64,000 nucleotides of DNA from NCBI GenBank assembly GCA_963840455.1, contig CAWIYV010000010.1, positions 472,348 to 536,347 on the forward strand. The letters run 5' to 3'. The position numbers and the translations under genes were made by a program. Shown in pieces: positions 10,594-20,500 of this stretch; the stretch's first letter is position 1; each line of letters begins with the position of its first letter. The notes beneath the pieces were generated by a model. It had not been told where the DNA came from. It made no database searches and saw nothing but the letters and a program-made list of their open reading frames with translations. The DNA comes from Nitrospirota bacterium. Its GTDB lineage: Bacteria > Nitrospirota > UBA9217.

Positions 10594-11847
10594 ATGAAGA
10601 TCTACAAATTAAGCCTTATCCTTGTTGCTGTGGCCGCGGTAGTTGTTGGGCTGAGCGGAACCAGCTTCGCCTTCCATAGCGGCGGCGTCGCCGAATGCGT
10701 GGGCTGCCACCAAATGCACGATGCACCAGGCGCCAACCTTCTTATCGCCGCTGACCAGAGCTCGACCTGTCTGAGCTGCCATGGCGCAGCAGGCCAGTCC
10801 AGCTACCATGTTGCCACCCCCGACGCAGACATGCCCGCGGGTTCGCCGCCAGTCAATGAAGGCCCCGGCGGTGACTTCGGCTGGCTGCACAAGTCCTATT
10901 ACTTCACGATCCGTGGTGGATTGACCACCGACCTCGGCGACACCCACGGCCATAACATTATCGCTGCTGGCTACACCGGCGGCACTTACGTTGCTGACCC
11001 CATCAACGCAACGGCCCCGGGAGGCACGTTCCCGGGAGGCCAGCTCTCCTGCGTCTCCTGCCATGACCAGCATGGTAAGGGCCGTTGGACGACGGCCGGC
11101 ACCTATAGCAAGACCTCCGGCGCTATCTACACCTCCGGTTCCTATGGTTCCATACCCTCAACGTTCGGCCCCACGGGCGAACTTTTGTCGACGGGTGTGT
11201 ACCGCCTGCTCCGTGCTGCCGAGGCTGTTGACGGCGTGACCTTCCCCGCCCTCCCGCCGGTAGCAGTTGTTCCGAGCACCTACAACAGGTCAGAGTACTT
11301 CTTCCAGACCCGCACTGCCTACGGCTCCGGTATGTCAGACTTCTGCGCAACCTGTCATCCTGACATGCACGACACCGCAGGTATTCTCCGTCACCCGGCC
11401 GGCCAGACCATGAGCGGCGCGGTCCAGGGCAACTACAACAGCTATGTGAAAACAGGTGCTATGACCGGCTCCGCGACCACCTCGTACCTGTCGCTGGTTC
11501 CGTTCGAAGAAGGCCAGGCCTACAGCACTGCCGCCATCGGCGTTCTGAAGAGCCATGCCCAGATCAACGATTCCAATCTGAACGGCCCGGGCGCTGGTAC
11601 CGTGCCTGCAACGGCGACCGTAATGTGCCTCTCCTGCCACAGGGCGCATGCGTCCGGCTGGCCGGAAATGCTTAAGTGGAACCCCGAAGTTACGACCATC
11701 ACCGTCGCTGGCGCCTATCCTACTGGCAATGACGCAGGCTGGGGCCGCAGCGCAACGGAAGTATCGAAAGCCTACTATGACAAGAACGTAACGAAGTGGT
11801 CCGCCTATCAGCGCCAACTCTGCAACAAGTGCCATGCGAAAGACTAA
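10594..11847 (+). CDS. omcS: OmcS-like hexaheme c-type cytochrome (nanowire subunit), copy 1
   Basis: Signal peptide then FHSGGVAECVGCHQMH; 6 CxxCH; PGGDFGW, LSLVPFEEG, CLSCHRAHASG and C-terminal LCNKCHAKD as in OmcS; GGAGGA RBS. Confidence 0.92.
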   Translation: MKIYKLSLILVAVAAVVVGLSGTSFAFHSGGVAECVGCHQMHDAPGANLLIAADQSSTCLSCHGAAGQSSYHVATPDADMPAGSPPVNEGPGGDFGWLHKSYYFTIRGGLTTDLGDTHGHNIIAAGYTGGTYVADPINATAPGGTFPGGQLSCVSCHDQHGKGRWTTAGTYSKTSGAIYTSGSYGSIPSTFGPTGELLSTGVYRLLRAAEAVDGVTFPALPPVAVVPSTYNRSEYFFQTRTAYGSGMSDFCATCHPDMHDTAGILRHPAGQTMSGAVQGNYNSYVKTGAMTGSATTSYLSLVPFEEGQAYSTAAIGVLKSHAQINDSNLNGPGAGTVPATATVMCLSCHRAHASGWPEMLKWNPEVTTITVAGAYPTGNDAGWGRSATEVSKAYYDKNVTKWSAYQRQLCNKCHAKD

Positions 11848-11869
11848 CGCATGCTGAAGAAGTAGCGCC

Positions 11870-11904
11870 AGGGAGGATCGGCAGATGCCGGTCCTCCCTT
11901 TTTT
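11870..11904 (+). terminator. Intrinsic terminator after omcS
   Basis: GGGAGGATCGGC-AGAT-GCCGGTCCTCCC-TTTTTT. Confidence 0.85.
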
Positions 11905-11986
11905 ATCATCGAACGTGCATTTTCCCGCTGTTTCTGGTAACATGCTGCCTGAACCATTCCAGCCCGGTCTTGGCTCACCGAGCGGA

Positions 11987-13285
11987 ATGATTGACCTCAT
12001 GAAAGTCACCACCATAATTCCGATCATGATGCTCCTGATTCTCTGTATGAGACCGGACAACGCCGCGTCCGCCTTTCATGACGGCGGTGTCGGTGCCTGC
12101 GATGCCTGCCATTCCATGCATAACGCCTCACCATTAGCAGGCGACAGTCTGTTGAAGTCATCGGACCCGAGCTCGACCTGTCTCTATTGCCACCAGAATA
12201 CGGGCGACATCGGACCGACGAGCTACCATGTCAGCACCTCTTTATCCGACATGCCGCCGGGCGCTCCACCCAAGCAGCTTACCCCGGCCGGCGATTTCGC
12301 GTGGTTGAAGAAGACCTTCACCTGGCTACCCAGCGCCAACGGGCTTTTGCAGTTCAGTTACGGCGACCGGCACGGCCACAATATCATCGCCAATGATTTT
12401 CAGTATGCCGTGGACATGACCAACAGCACGGCCCCCGGGGGCGCCTACCCCGCGTTGAGCCTCACCTGCATCAGCTGTCATGACCCGCACGGCAAATACC
12501 GCAGGGACGCAGTCGGCTCGATCGCCACGACCGGCACTCCTATTCAGGGCTCGGGGTCCTATGCCTCCAGTGCCGGCCCGCAGGCCGGATCCTCGGTCGG
12601 CGTGTACCGGCTGTTGGGCGGCAAGAACTATCATCCCAGGAACCTGCTCGGCAGTTTCGCTTTTCAGAACGACCCGCCTGCTGCCGTCGCTCCGGACGCG
12701 TACAACAGGTCCGAGACCGGGACCCAGACCCGCGTGGCCTACGGCTCGGGGATGTCCGATTGGTGCCAGAACTGCCATACGACCATGCATACCATCGTCT
12801 CATCGGGAACATCAACTATTCCGAAGACCCATCCCGTCGGGAGTCTCGCCAAGCTAGGACCGACGGTGTCCACCAACTATAATATGTATGTCAAGACCGG
12901 AGTCCTCACGGGTATCGTGAACACATCGTTCCTTTCCCTCGTCCCCTTTGAGGAGGGTACCAGTAATTATTCCGCGCTCAAAGCGCATGCTCGAAGCGAT
13001 GATTCCTATCTTTTCGGGCCCGATTCGGGCAGCTCCCAAGTGATGTGTCTCACCTGCCACCGGGCCCACGCCTCGGGCTGGGACCACGCGACCAGGTGGA
13101 ACACCAATACGGACCATATCGTCGTCAACGGGTTCTATTCCCAAGATGGCCAAACATATCAGCCCTATGGGCAGGGACGCACGGAGCTGGAGGCGCAGAA
13201 GGCCTACTACGACATGCGGGCAGGCCGGTTCGCCCTTAATCAGGATACGCTCTGCCATAAATGCCATGGAGGGGCCCTCCCGTGA
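11987..13285 (+). CDS. OmcS/OmcT-family hexaheme cytochrome paralog
   Basis: FHDGGVGACDACHSMH; 6 CxxCH; CHDPHGKYRR, TRVAYGSGMSDWC, CLTCHRAHASG. Start 11987 or 11999. Confidence 0.9.
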   Translation: MIDLMKVTTIIPIMMLLILCMRPDNAASAFHDGGVGACDACHSMHNASPLAGDSLLKSSDPSSTCLYCHQNTGDIGPTSYHVSTSLSDMPPGAPPKQLTPAGDFAWLKKTFTWLPSANGLLQFSYGDRHGHNIIANDFQYAVDMTNSTAPGGAYPALSLTCISCHDPHGKYRRDAVGSIATTGTPIQGSGSYASSAGPQAGSSVGVYRLLGGKNYHPRNLLGSFAFQNDPPAAVAPDAYNRSETGTQTRVAYGSGMSDWCQNCHTTMHTIVSSGTSTIPKTHPVGSLAKLGPTVSTNYNMYVKTGVLTGIVNTSFLSLVPFEEGTSNYSALKAHARSDDSYLFGPDSGSSQVMCLTCHRAHASGWDHATRWNTNTDHIVVNGFYSQDGQTYQPYGQGRTELEAQKAYYDMRAGRFALNQDTLCHKCHGGALP

Positions 13286-13287
13286 CC

Positions 13288-14694
13288 ATGCTCCCTGGAA
13301 TAAAAAAATATGGCCCTCTCCTTCTTCTGATACTCTGCGGATGCCAGACACTTCAGCTCCACACGACGGCCATTCGCGAGGACGAAGGCACGGTGTTCTT
13401 CTACCTCCAGCCCTTCTCAGGGGGGGCTGAGCGGCTCCGATTCTCCCTCTCGGCGTTTGCGGCGCTCAAGGATGACGGCACGGAGATTCCGGTGCCCCTC
13501 TCGCTCAATGAGTTCAGCAGTATGGTCATGAACAGGCAGAGGCTGATGGCCGAGGTGCGGCTGCCTGAAGGAAAATACAGGGGCTTTCTCATGCGAATCA
13601 AGAGCGCCGCACTCACCACAGAGGGTGGAACGGCCGCGCTCCTCGTGCCGGAGACGCCGCATATGATCGCGTTCCCCTTCAGCGTGGAAAAAAGAAAGGC
13701 GTTCATCATATCACTGACCCTCCGCTATGACCAATCCCTGCAGGGGGTCAATTTCAGCCCGGTGTTCCTCGTGGCTATCCCGGCCCGGCCGCTCGTCGCG
13801 GTCACGGGGTTTGCCTCCAATGCCGGCATCGACGCCATCACGGTATTTGACAAGATTCATCTGCAGGCCACGGGCGTCATCGCCACCGGGAGAGGGCCCA
13901 CGTGTATTGCCCTGGACCAGCGCCTCAAACGGGCCTATGTCGCCCTGGCCGGCGATAACGCCGTCGAGGTTTTCGATATGGACTCGGAAATCGTTCTCGC
14001 CAGAACCATGCTGATGCCGGGAGACGAGCCGCAGGAGATTGCGCTCACTCCTGACGGCTTGTCGTTGCTCGTGGCGAATGGTCGTTCGGACACGGTAAGC
14101 ATCATTGACACCGTGACGATGGGGGAGGTGGGCAGGATCAGTGTCGGCAGATACCCCAGCACCCTGGTGATTGACAAAACCGGAACGAAGGCCTTTGTCT
14201 TCAACAGGATGTCCGACAATATATCGGTCATTGATATTCCCTACCGGCAGGTCATAGGCACGATCAAAACCGGACCGGAACCGCTGCGGGGGCAGTTCAA
14301 CCGGGCGGGAAGCCTGCTTTACGTGATCCACGCAGCCTATCCCTACCTGTTCGTCATCGATCCGGCGTCGTTCTCTGTGGTGCGGCGGGAATTTATCGGG
14401 ATGGGGACGGTCTCCCTCAAGGTCGATACGCGGACCGATCAGATCTACATCGGCAAAAAGAACGAAACCCTGATTACGGTATATGATCCCGTCTCCTTTG
14501 TCCGGGTGAGCTCTATTCCGACCGGGGGGACCGTAACCTTCATGACCATAGACGGTGAGACGAACTTTCTTTACCTGCTCATCCCCGAACGAAAGGTCCT
14601 CCTGGTCATCAATCTGGCGAGCAAAAGGCCGGTCTCGGAGATCGATGTCAGCGAAGAACGCCCCGCGTGGATAACCATGATGGGAGAGCGATAG
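13288..14694 (+). CDS. YVTN/YncE-like beta-propeller lipoprotein
   Basis: Lipobox-like ILCGC; repeats such as VANGRSDTVSIID, VFNRMSDNISVID. Confidence 0.8.
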   Translation: MLPGIKKYGPLLLLILCGCQTLQLHTTAIREDEGTVFFYLQPFSGGAERLRFSLSAFAALKDDGTEIPVPLSLNEFSSMVMNRQRLMAEVRLPEGKYRGFLMRIKSAALTTEGGTAALLVPETPHMIAFPFSVEKRKAFIISLTLRYDQSLQGVNFSPVFLVAIPARPLVAVTGFASNAGIDAITVFDKIHLQATGVIATGRGPTCIALDQRLKRAYVALAGDNAVEVFDMDSEIVLARTMLMPGDEPQEIALTPDGLSLLVANGRSDTVSIIDTVTMGEVGRISVGRYPSTLVIDKTGTKAFVFNRMSDNISVIDIPYRQVIGTIKTGPEPLRGQFNRAGSLLYVIHAAYPYLFVIDPASFSVVRREFIGMGTVSLKVDTRTDQIYIGKKNETLITVYDPVSFVRVSSIPTGGTVTFMTIDGETNFLYLLIPERKVLLVINLASKRPVSEIDVSEERPAWITMMGER

Positions 14695-14695
14695 C

Positions 14696-16996
14696 ATGCG
14701 GCGATTGACGTGGTCCAGCCTGCGCCGTGCTCGAAAGGCCCGGTGGTTGATCGTTCTCGCGGGAACGGCCGGGGTGATGTTTTTTTTTTGGTACGCACCG
14801 GCAATGGCTTTAGCTGAAGGGCTCTCGGGGCGTATGAGTTGGGTGTACGCAACTACTGATTCCACGTCAACAGAATATTTCACCGGCACGACCACGGACT
14901 TTTCATCCCGATCTTTTGCTCAACAGTACAGCCTGACCGCTGACAAGTTCCTCTATCCGAACCTCAGGCTGTTTGCCTCCGGCCTGTTCCAGAAAGCCGA
15001 TGCGACCAGCTCGACGAACGGCCAGGGAACATGGGGGGATTCCACGGTCATACGGCCGTACATCGACCTTACCTTGAGAACTCCCGTGTTCGCCGTCGGC
15101 GTGAATTATAACGCAGTAACGACCGAGACGAAATCCTTGAATGCGCCGACGATGACCTTGAAGCACGAGTCCTATGGTGGAATTCTGGGCATGAAACCGG
15201 AGGGCCTGCCTACGCTCGACTTGGTGCTGACCAGAAGCTACAATTACGACGAGAACCGGGTTCTGCAGGATATCGTGAACGACTCGGTGAGCCTCTATTC
15301 GCGCTACGATCCGACGAAAACAATCCGGCTGCGGTACCAGGGAAACTATACCGATACACAGGACCGCCTCAAGGATGTGGAAAACAAGACCACGGGCAAT
15401 GACATGAGGATCATGTATGACGATCAATACCTGCGTGACCGGATCATGGTATCGACATACTATGATTACGGCCACAGTACGACAGAGATCACGTCGAGCG
15501 GGAAGGGAACGGTGAATTTCCCGGTCCTCGCAGTTGACGGGCTCTTCCTGAACAGCGACAATCTCCTGACGGACCCCCTGCGTTCGTCGCCGTTCCTGAT
15601 CGACAACACGGCGACCGGCCCTACGAACGCCGCCAACAATATCGGGTCTGCAACGTCCGCAGCTTCTCCGCCCGATACAGCGGCCAGAAACATCGGGCTG
15701 CAGTTCCCTGCGGCAGTGGAGATGAACACCCTCAACGTATGGGTCTATTCCGTGTCCGGCGCCACGGTCGATATAGCTGTCCCTGCCTTTCTGCCGGCTC
15801 CCGTGGCAGGGTCATTGACGTGGGCGGTGTACACGAGCTCCGATAACCTGAACTGGCGGTTGTATCAAACGGGCGTCCCCGCCCCCTATGAGATCGATGT
15901 CTCCCGCCCCGGCGTGGGGCGATTCGAGATAACCTTCCCGAACGTGGTCACGAAATACATCAAGGTCGTCGTCAGTCCTCTTTCGCCGTTCGCGGCAGGA
16001 GGACAGGGGAGGGAGTTCCCGGGCATCTATGTGACCGAGCTTCAGGCGTTCACCGCCAGATCTGCCGCAGATGTCACCGGGAAGTCCTCAGCAACCACTC
16101 AACTTGCAGGCCTGTCCACCAAGGTGATACTTTTGAAAACTCCGGGACTGAATTATGATTTTTCCTATTTTTACAATAAGCAGGAAAGCCAGTTTTCCAC
16201 GACGCTGTATACAACGATGTCGAATGCGCTTTCGGTCCAGCACCGGTTCAACCCTGTATTTTTCGGATCTGCGCAAGTACAACGGGTCGACGATTCCAGC
16301 CCCTCCGGGGATCAGGTCACGTTACAGGCCGGCGGCCAGATCGTGATTGTCCCCTTGCGGACGCTGAGCCACACCATTGGCGCTTCCAGCTCGACCATAC
16401 AAAGGTCGACGGGACGGAGCAAGAGTAACGCGGTGACATTGACCAATACCGCCGAGCTTTACCCCAATATCAATGCCTTCTTGAACGGCGGGCTGAGCAG
16501 TAACGTATCGGAGACGGACCAGAAAATGGAGTCCAGGAACTATTCGGCGGGGCTCAATCTGATCCCGATACAGACATTGAACATCACGCTGAGCTCCGGG
16601 GGCCAGACAAGCGATCAATCAGGCGGAGGCGCCCCGGACAGTACGCAGTCCACCCGGAGCAACGAGGTTAGCGCGTCGTATTATCCGTTCAAAACCCTGT
16701 ACCTCTTCGCCTCCCGGAGCGTGAGATCAGGCTCGGGCCAGGCGAGCGACAGGATCACGAACTACGGACTCAACTGGGCGCCGTTCCCGGGTGGAGATCT
16801 CGTGTTCAATTATTCCTATTTCGAGAACCGGAGGGCCTTTGATGATTCGATTGATACGTCATCCATCCCGAGCCTGCGGTGGAATATCACCAGGCGGGCC
16901 TATGCGACTGTAGCGTATAACTCTACCAAGAACACTTCTAGAATAGGGCAGTCAACGACGAGGATAGAATCTGCGTCGTTGAATGTGATCTTTTAG
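14696..16996 (+). CDS. Outer-membrane beta-barrel protein with an inserted soluble domain
   Basis: Signal peptide, alternating Y/F/S/T amphipathic strands, C-terminal Phe (ASLNVIF), central non-barrel segment. Confidence 0.7.
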   Translation: MRRLTWSSLRRARKARWLIVLAGTAGVMFFFWYAPAMALAEGLSGRMSWVYATTDSTSTEYFTGTTTDFSSRSFAQQYSLTADKFLYPNLRLFASGLFQKADATSSTNGQGTWGDSTVIRPYIDLTLRTPVFAVGVNYNAVTTETKSLNAPTMTLKHESYGGILGMKPEGLPTLDLVLTRSYNYDENRVLQDIVNDSVSLYSRYDPTKTIRLRYQGNYTDTQDRLKDVENKTTGNDMRIMYDDQYLRDRIMVSTYYDYGHSTTEITSSGKGTVNFPVLAVDGLFLNSDNLLTDPLRSSPFLIDNTATGPTNAANNIGSATSAASPPDTAARNIGLQFPAAVEMNTLNVWVYSVSGATVDIAVPAFLPAPVAGSLTWAVYTSSDNLNWRLYQTGVPAPYEIDVSRPGVGRFEITFPNVVTKYIKVVVSPLSPFAAGGQGREFPGIYVTELQAFTARSAADVTGKSSATTQLAGLSTKVILLKTPGLNYDFSYFYNKQESQFSTTLYTTMSNALSVQHRFNPVFFGSAQVQRVDDSSPSGDQVTLQAGGQIVIVPLRTLSHTIGASSSTIQRSTGRSKSNAVTLTNTAELYPNINAFLNGGLSSNVSETDQKMESRNYSAGLNLIPIQTLNITLSSGGQTSDQSGGGAPDSTQSTRSNEVSASYYPFKTLYLFASRSVRSGSGQASDRITNYGLNWAPFPGGDLVFNYSYFENRRAFDDSIDTSSIPSLRWNITRRAYATVAYNSTKNTSRIGQSTTRIESASLNVIF

Positions 16997-17011
16997 CATG
17001 GAGGGATTGTC

Positions 17012-17578
17012 GTGAATGTCAAAAAAATCATATCGCTGTTAATGCTCGTCGGTCTTGCAGCCTGTGCCCGTCCGACAAGCGGCGTGTTCCGCGACCAGAA
17101 CATGGATTTTGGGGCGATCCAGAACATTGCCGTAATGCCCCTTTCGAACCAGTCGCGGGAGCAGACCGCTGCTGACCGGGTGAGGGACGTATTCATCAAT
17201 AAGCTCTTATCCACCGGCGCGGCGTATGTACTTCCTATCGGTGAGGTGAAGCGGGGGATCGCGAGGGCGGGGATCTCCGATGCGACGGCCCCCTCGCCCG
17301 AGGAAATCGTAAGGTTTGGGGGCATTGTGAAGGCTGACGTCGTGATCGTCGGTTCGGTAAAGGAGTATGGTGAGGTGAGGTCAGGCACCTCTTCCTCCAC
17401 GTCCATCGCCCTGAGCATGCAGATGCTCGAAGCGCAGACGGGTCGGGTTGTATGGGCCGCATCGTCCACCAAGGGAGGTATCACATTCGGCGACCGTCTC
17501 TTAGGCGGGGGCGGCGAACCTATGAATGTAGTTACCGAGAAGGCTGTTGATGACATTATCGATAAACTGTTTAAATAG
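17012..17578 (+). CDS. Lipoprotein, CsgG/DUF799/LpoB-like fold
   Basis: GGAGG RBS, GTG start, LAAC lipobox, IAVMPLSN...ADVVIVGSV...TGRVVWAAS. Confidence 0.75.
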   Translation: MNVKKIISLLMLVGLAACARPTSGVFRDQNMDFGAIQNIAVMPLSNQSREQTAADRVRDVFINKLLSTGAAYVLPIGEVKRGIARAGISDATAPSPEEIVRFGGIVKADVVIVGSVKEYGEVRSGTSSSTSIALSMQMLEAQTGRVVWAASSTKGGITFGDRLLGGGGEPMNVVTEKAVDDIIDKLFK

Positions 17579-20500
17579 AAGGGGTCTTTATGTTGTCGTT
17601 GCTGGTTTCCTTGTTTTAACAGCGTGCGCGGGCAGCAGAAATTCCGTGCTGATCAACCCTCCCGAGAAACATCTGCACGTCGCCGTATATCCAGTCGATA
17701 ACCTGAGCAATGCCGTTGTGCCTTTGGACGAGATCCGGCAATCGCTGGTCCAGCAGTTGAAGGCAGCAGGGGCTGATGTGCTTGATGACGCCGCGCTCGA
17801 CCAGTTTATGAAGAAACACCGTGTCCGCTATACCGCAGGTCTGGATGCCGCGACATCAGAGTCATTCAGCAGCGAGATCGGTGTTGACGCAGTTCTTATT
17901 ACCTCGGTGGAGGCCTACAGCGAGACCTATCCTCCCGCGATCGCCCTCATCTCCAGGCTGGTTTCTGCCGGACCCAGACCGTCGGTTTTGTGGGCTGACA
18001 GCATCGGAATGACAGGCGCCGATTCCCCCGGCCTCCTCGGGCTTGGCCTGATTGAAGATCCTAAAGTCCTGCGGCACAAGGCAATGGTACAGCTGGGCGC
18101 CTTATTAACGAAGTATCTTGCAGGGGAGAAGGACCGTATCCACGGCGGGCGGAAGAGCTTTGGACCGAGAGCATCATACCGCTCCCCTATCATCGGCGCG
18201 AACTTTCGGCAGAATGCCGTCGGTTTTGTGAACAGCAGTTCCAGCGGGGATGAGGGGAATGGACCGGTCAGGTTGGATGTCGCACTCACCGCTGAGAGCA
18301 GAGCGCCGGTGACGGTGGAGTATGCGGTCACGGGCGGCAAAGCGACGGAGGGGAGGGATTATGTCGTGAAGGGGAACACCCTCACCTTTGCGCCCGGAGA
18401 GACGCTCAAGAGCATTGAGGTCGACATCAGACACAACGGTGTGAATACGGGAGACGAGACCGTCGAGGTGAGCCTGAAGAACCCGGCGGGCGCGGCCTTG
18501 GGCAGCACGGCGGTCCATACCTATACCATCATCGACAGGGATCCAGAGCCTGCGGTTACGTTTGCGGTACCGAGCCAGCAGGTGCGGGTAAAGGAGAACG
18601 CGGGGAAGGCGACGATCGGCGTGGAGCTATCGGCCGTGTCGGGCAGGGATGTGACCATCCCGTTCATGGTGGGCGGGACGGCGAAGACACCGTCGAACTA
18701 CACCATCACGCCGGGCCCGCTCGTGATCAAGGCGGGACAGAGGAGCGCAGCGATCACGGTGAATGTCACGGACAAAGGGTTGAACGAGGACGCCAAGACC
18801 GTGGTGGTGAGCATGGGCGTGCCGACGAACGGGGTGCAGGGGAAGATTGTGCAGAGCTCTGTGACCATCGTCAACACCAGCCCCGATCCCACGGTTACGT
18901 TCACCGTAGCGAGCCAGCAGGTGAAGGAAAGCGCAGGGACAGCGGCCATCGGTGTCGAGCTCTCGGCAATTTCAGGCAGGGACGTGACCGTGCCGTTCAT
19001 GGTGGGCGGGACAGCGAAGACGCCGGAGAACTTCACCATGCCTTCAGGTCCGGTGGTGATCAAGGCAGGGACGAAGGGCACGACGGTCCCGGTGCAGGTG
19101 AAGGCCAACGGGGTGAACGAGGACGACAAGACCGTGGTGGTGAGCATGGGCGTGCCGACGCACGCAGCCCAGGGAAAGACGACCACGAGCACGGTGACCA
19201 TCGTCGACACGGACCCCGTCCCCGCGGTATCGTTTGTGAGCGCGAGTTCGAGCGGAGAGGAGAAGTCCGGTCCTGCGCGTCTTGAGGTGAAGCTCTCCGC
19301 GGCGAGCGGGAAGCCGGTGACGGTCGAGTACGGGGTGAAGGGCGGGACAGCGGTCTTGGGCAAGGACTACGCCCTTCCGGCCGGCGTCGTGAGCTTCGAG
19401 CCCGGAGAGACGAGCAAGACCCTGGTGGTGGACATCAAGGACCACGGCATCTACGACGACGACAAGACCCTTGAGATCACCCTGAAGAACCCGAAGAACG
19501 CGGTGCTGGGAAGCACGGCGGTCCATACCCATACCATCATCGTCAGCGGCGGACCCGGGCAGATCAAGAAAGCCGCGGGGACAGAGATCAAGGACGCGAC
19601 CAAGCCGCTCATCATGCTTGCCATGGCGGGTACTTCGGGGGACTCTGCAATCATGACGGGTCTGCTGGCGGCCGAAACAGAGGAGCGGAGAGAGGAGATG
19701 CCGTTGCCGGCAATCTCGTTCCTCTACGCGAATTCCCGCGGCGATGAGAAGATGAGTTCCGTTCTTCTCCCGGTGGGCCTCTCCGCTCCGAGCGGAAAGC
19801 CGGTGCGGGTGGAGTACGAAGTGACGGGCGGGACAGCGGAGGCCGGGAAGCAGTATGTTTTGAAGGGGACCAGCCTGACCTTTGCGCCGGGCGAGACGGT
19901 GAAGGAGATCGAGGTCACGGTAAAGGATGACGGTGTGAACCGTGACGACACGACCGTTGCGGTAAGCCTCAAGAACCCGACGGGCGCGGTGCTGGGCGAG
20001 ACGGCAATGCATACCTACACCATCCTGGACAGCAGCCCCGAGCCGGCGGTGACGTTTACCACAGCGAGCCAGCAGGTGAAGGAAAGCGCAGGGACAGCGG
20101 CCATCGGTGTCGAGCTCTCGGCAATTTCAGGCAGGGACGTGACCGTGCCGCTCCTGGTGAGCGGGACAGCGAAGACACCGTCGAACTACACCATGACGCC
20201 GGGTCCGGTGGTGATCAAGGCAGGGACGAAGAGCGCGACGGTCCCGGTGCAGGTTGCGGCCAACGGGGTGAACGAGGACGACAAGACCGTGGTGGTGAGC
20301 ATGGGAGTGCCGACGCACGGTGTGCAGGGGAAAACGACCACGAGCACGGTGACCATCGTCGACACGGACCCCGTCCCCGCGGTATCGTTTGCGAGCGCGA
20401 GTTCGAGCGGAGAGGAGAAGTCCGGCCCTGCGCGTCTTGAGATGAAGCTCTCCGCGGCGAGCGGGAAGCCGGTGTGGGTCGAGTACGGGGTGAAGGGCGG

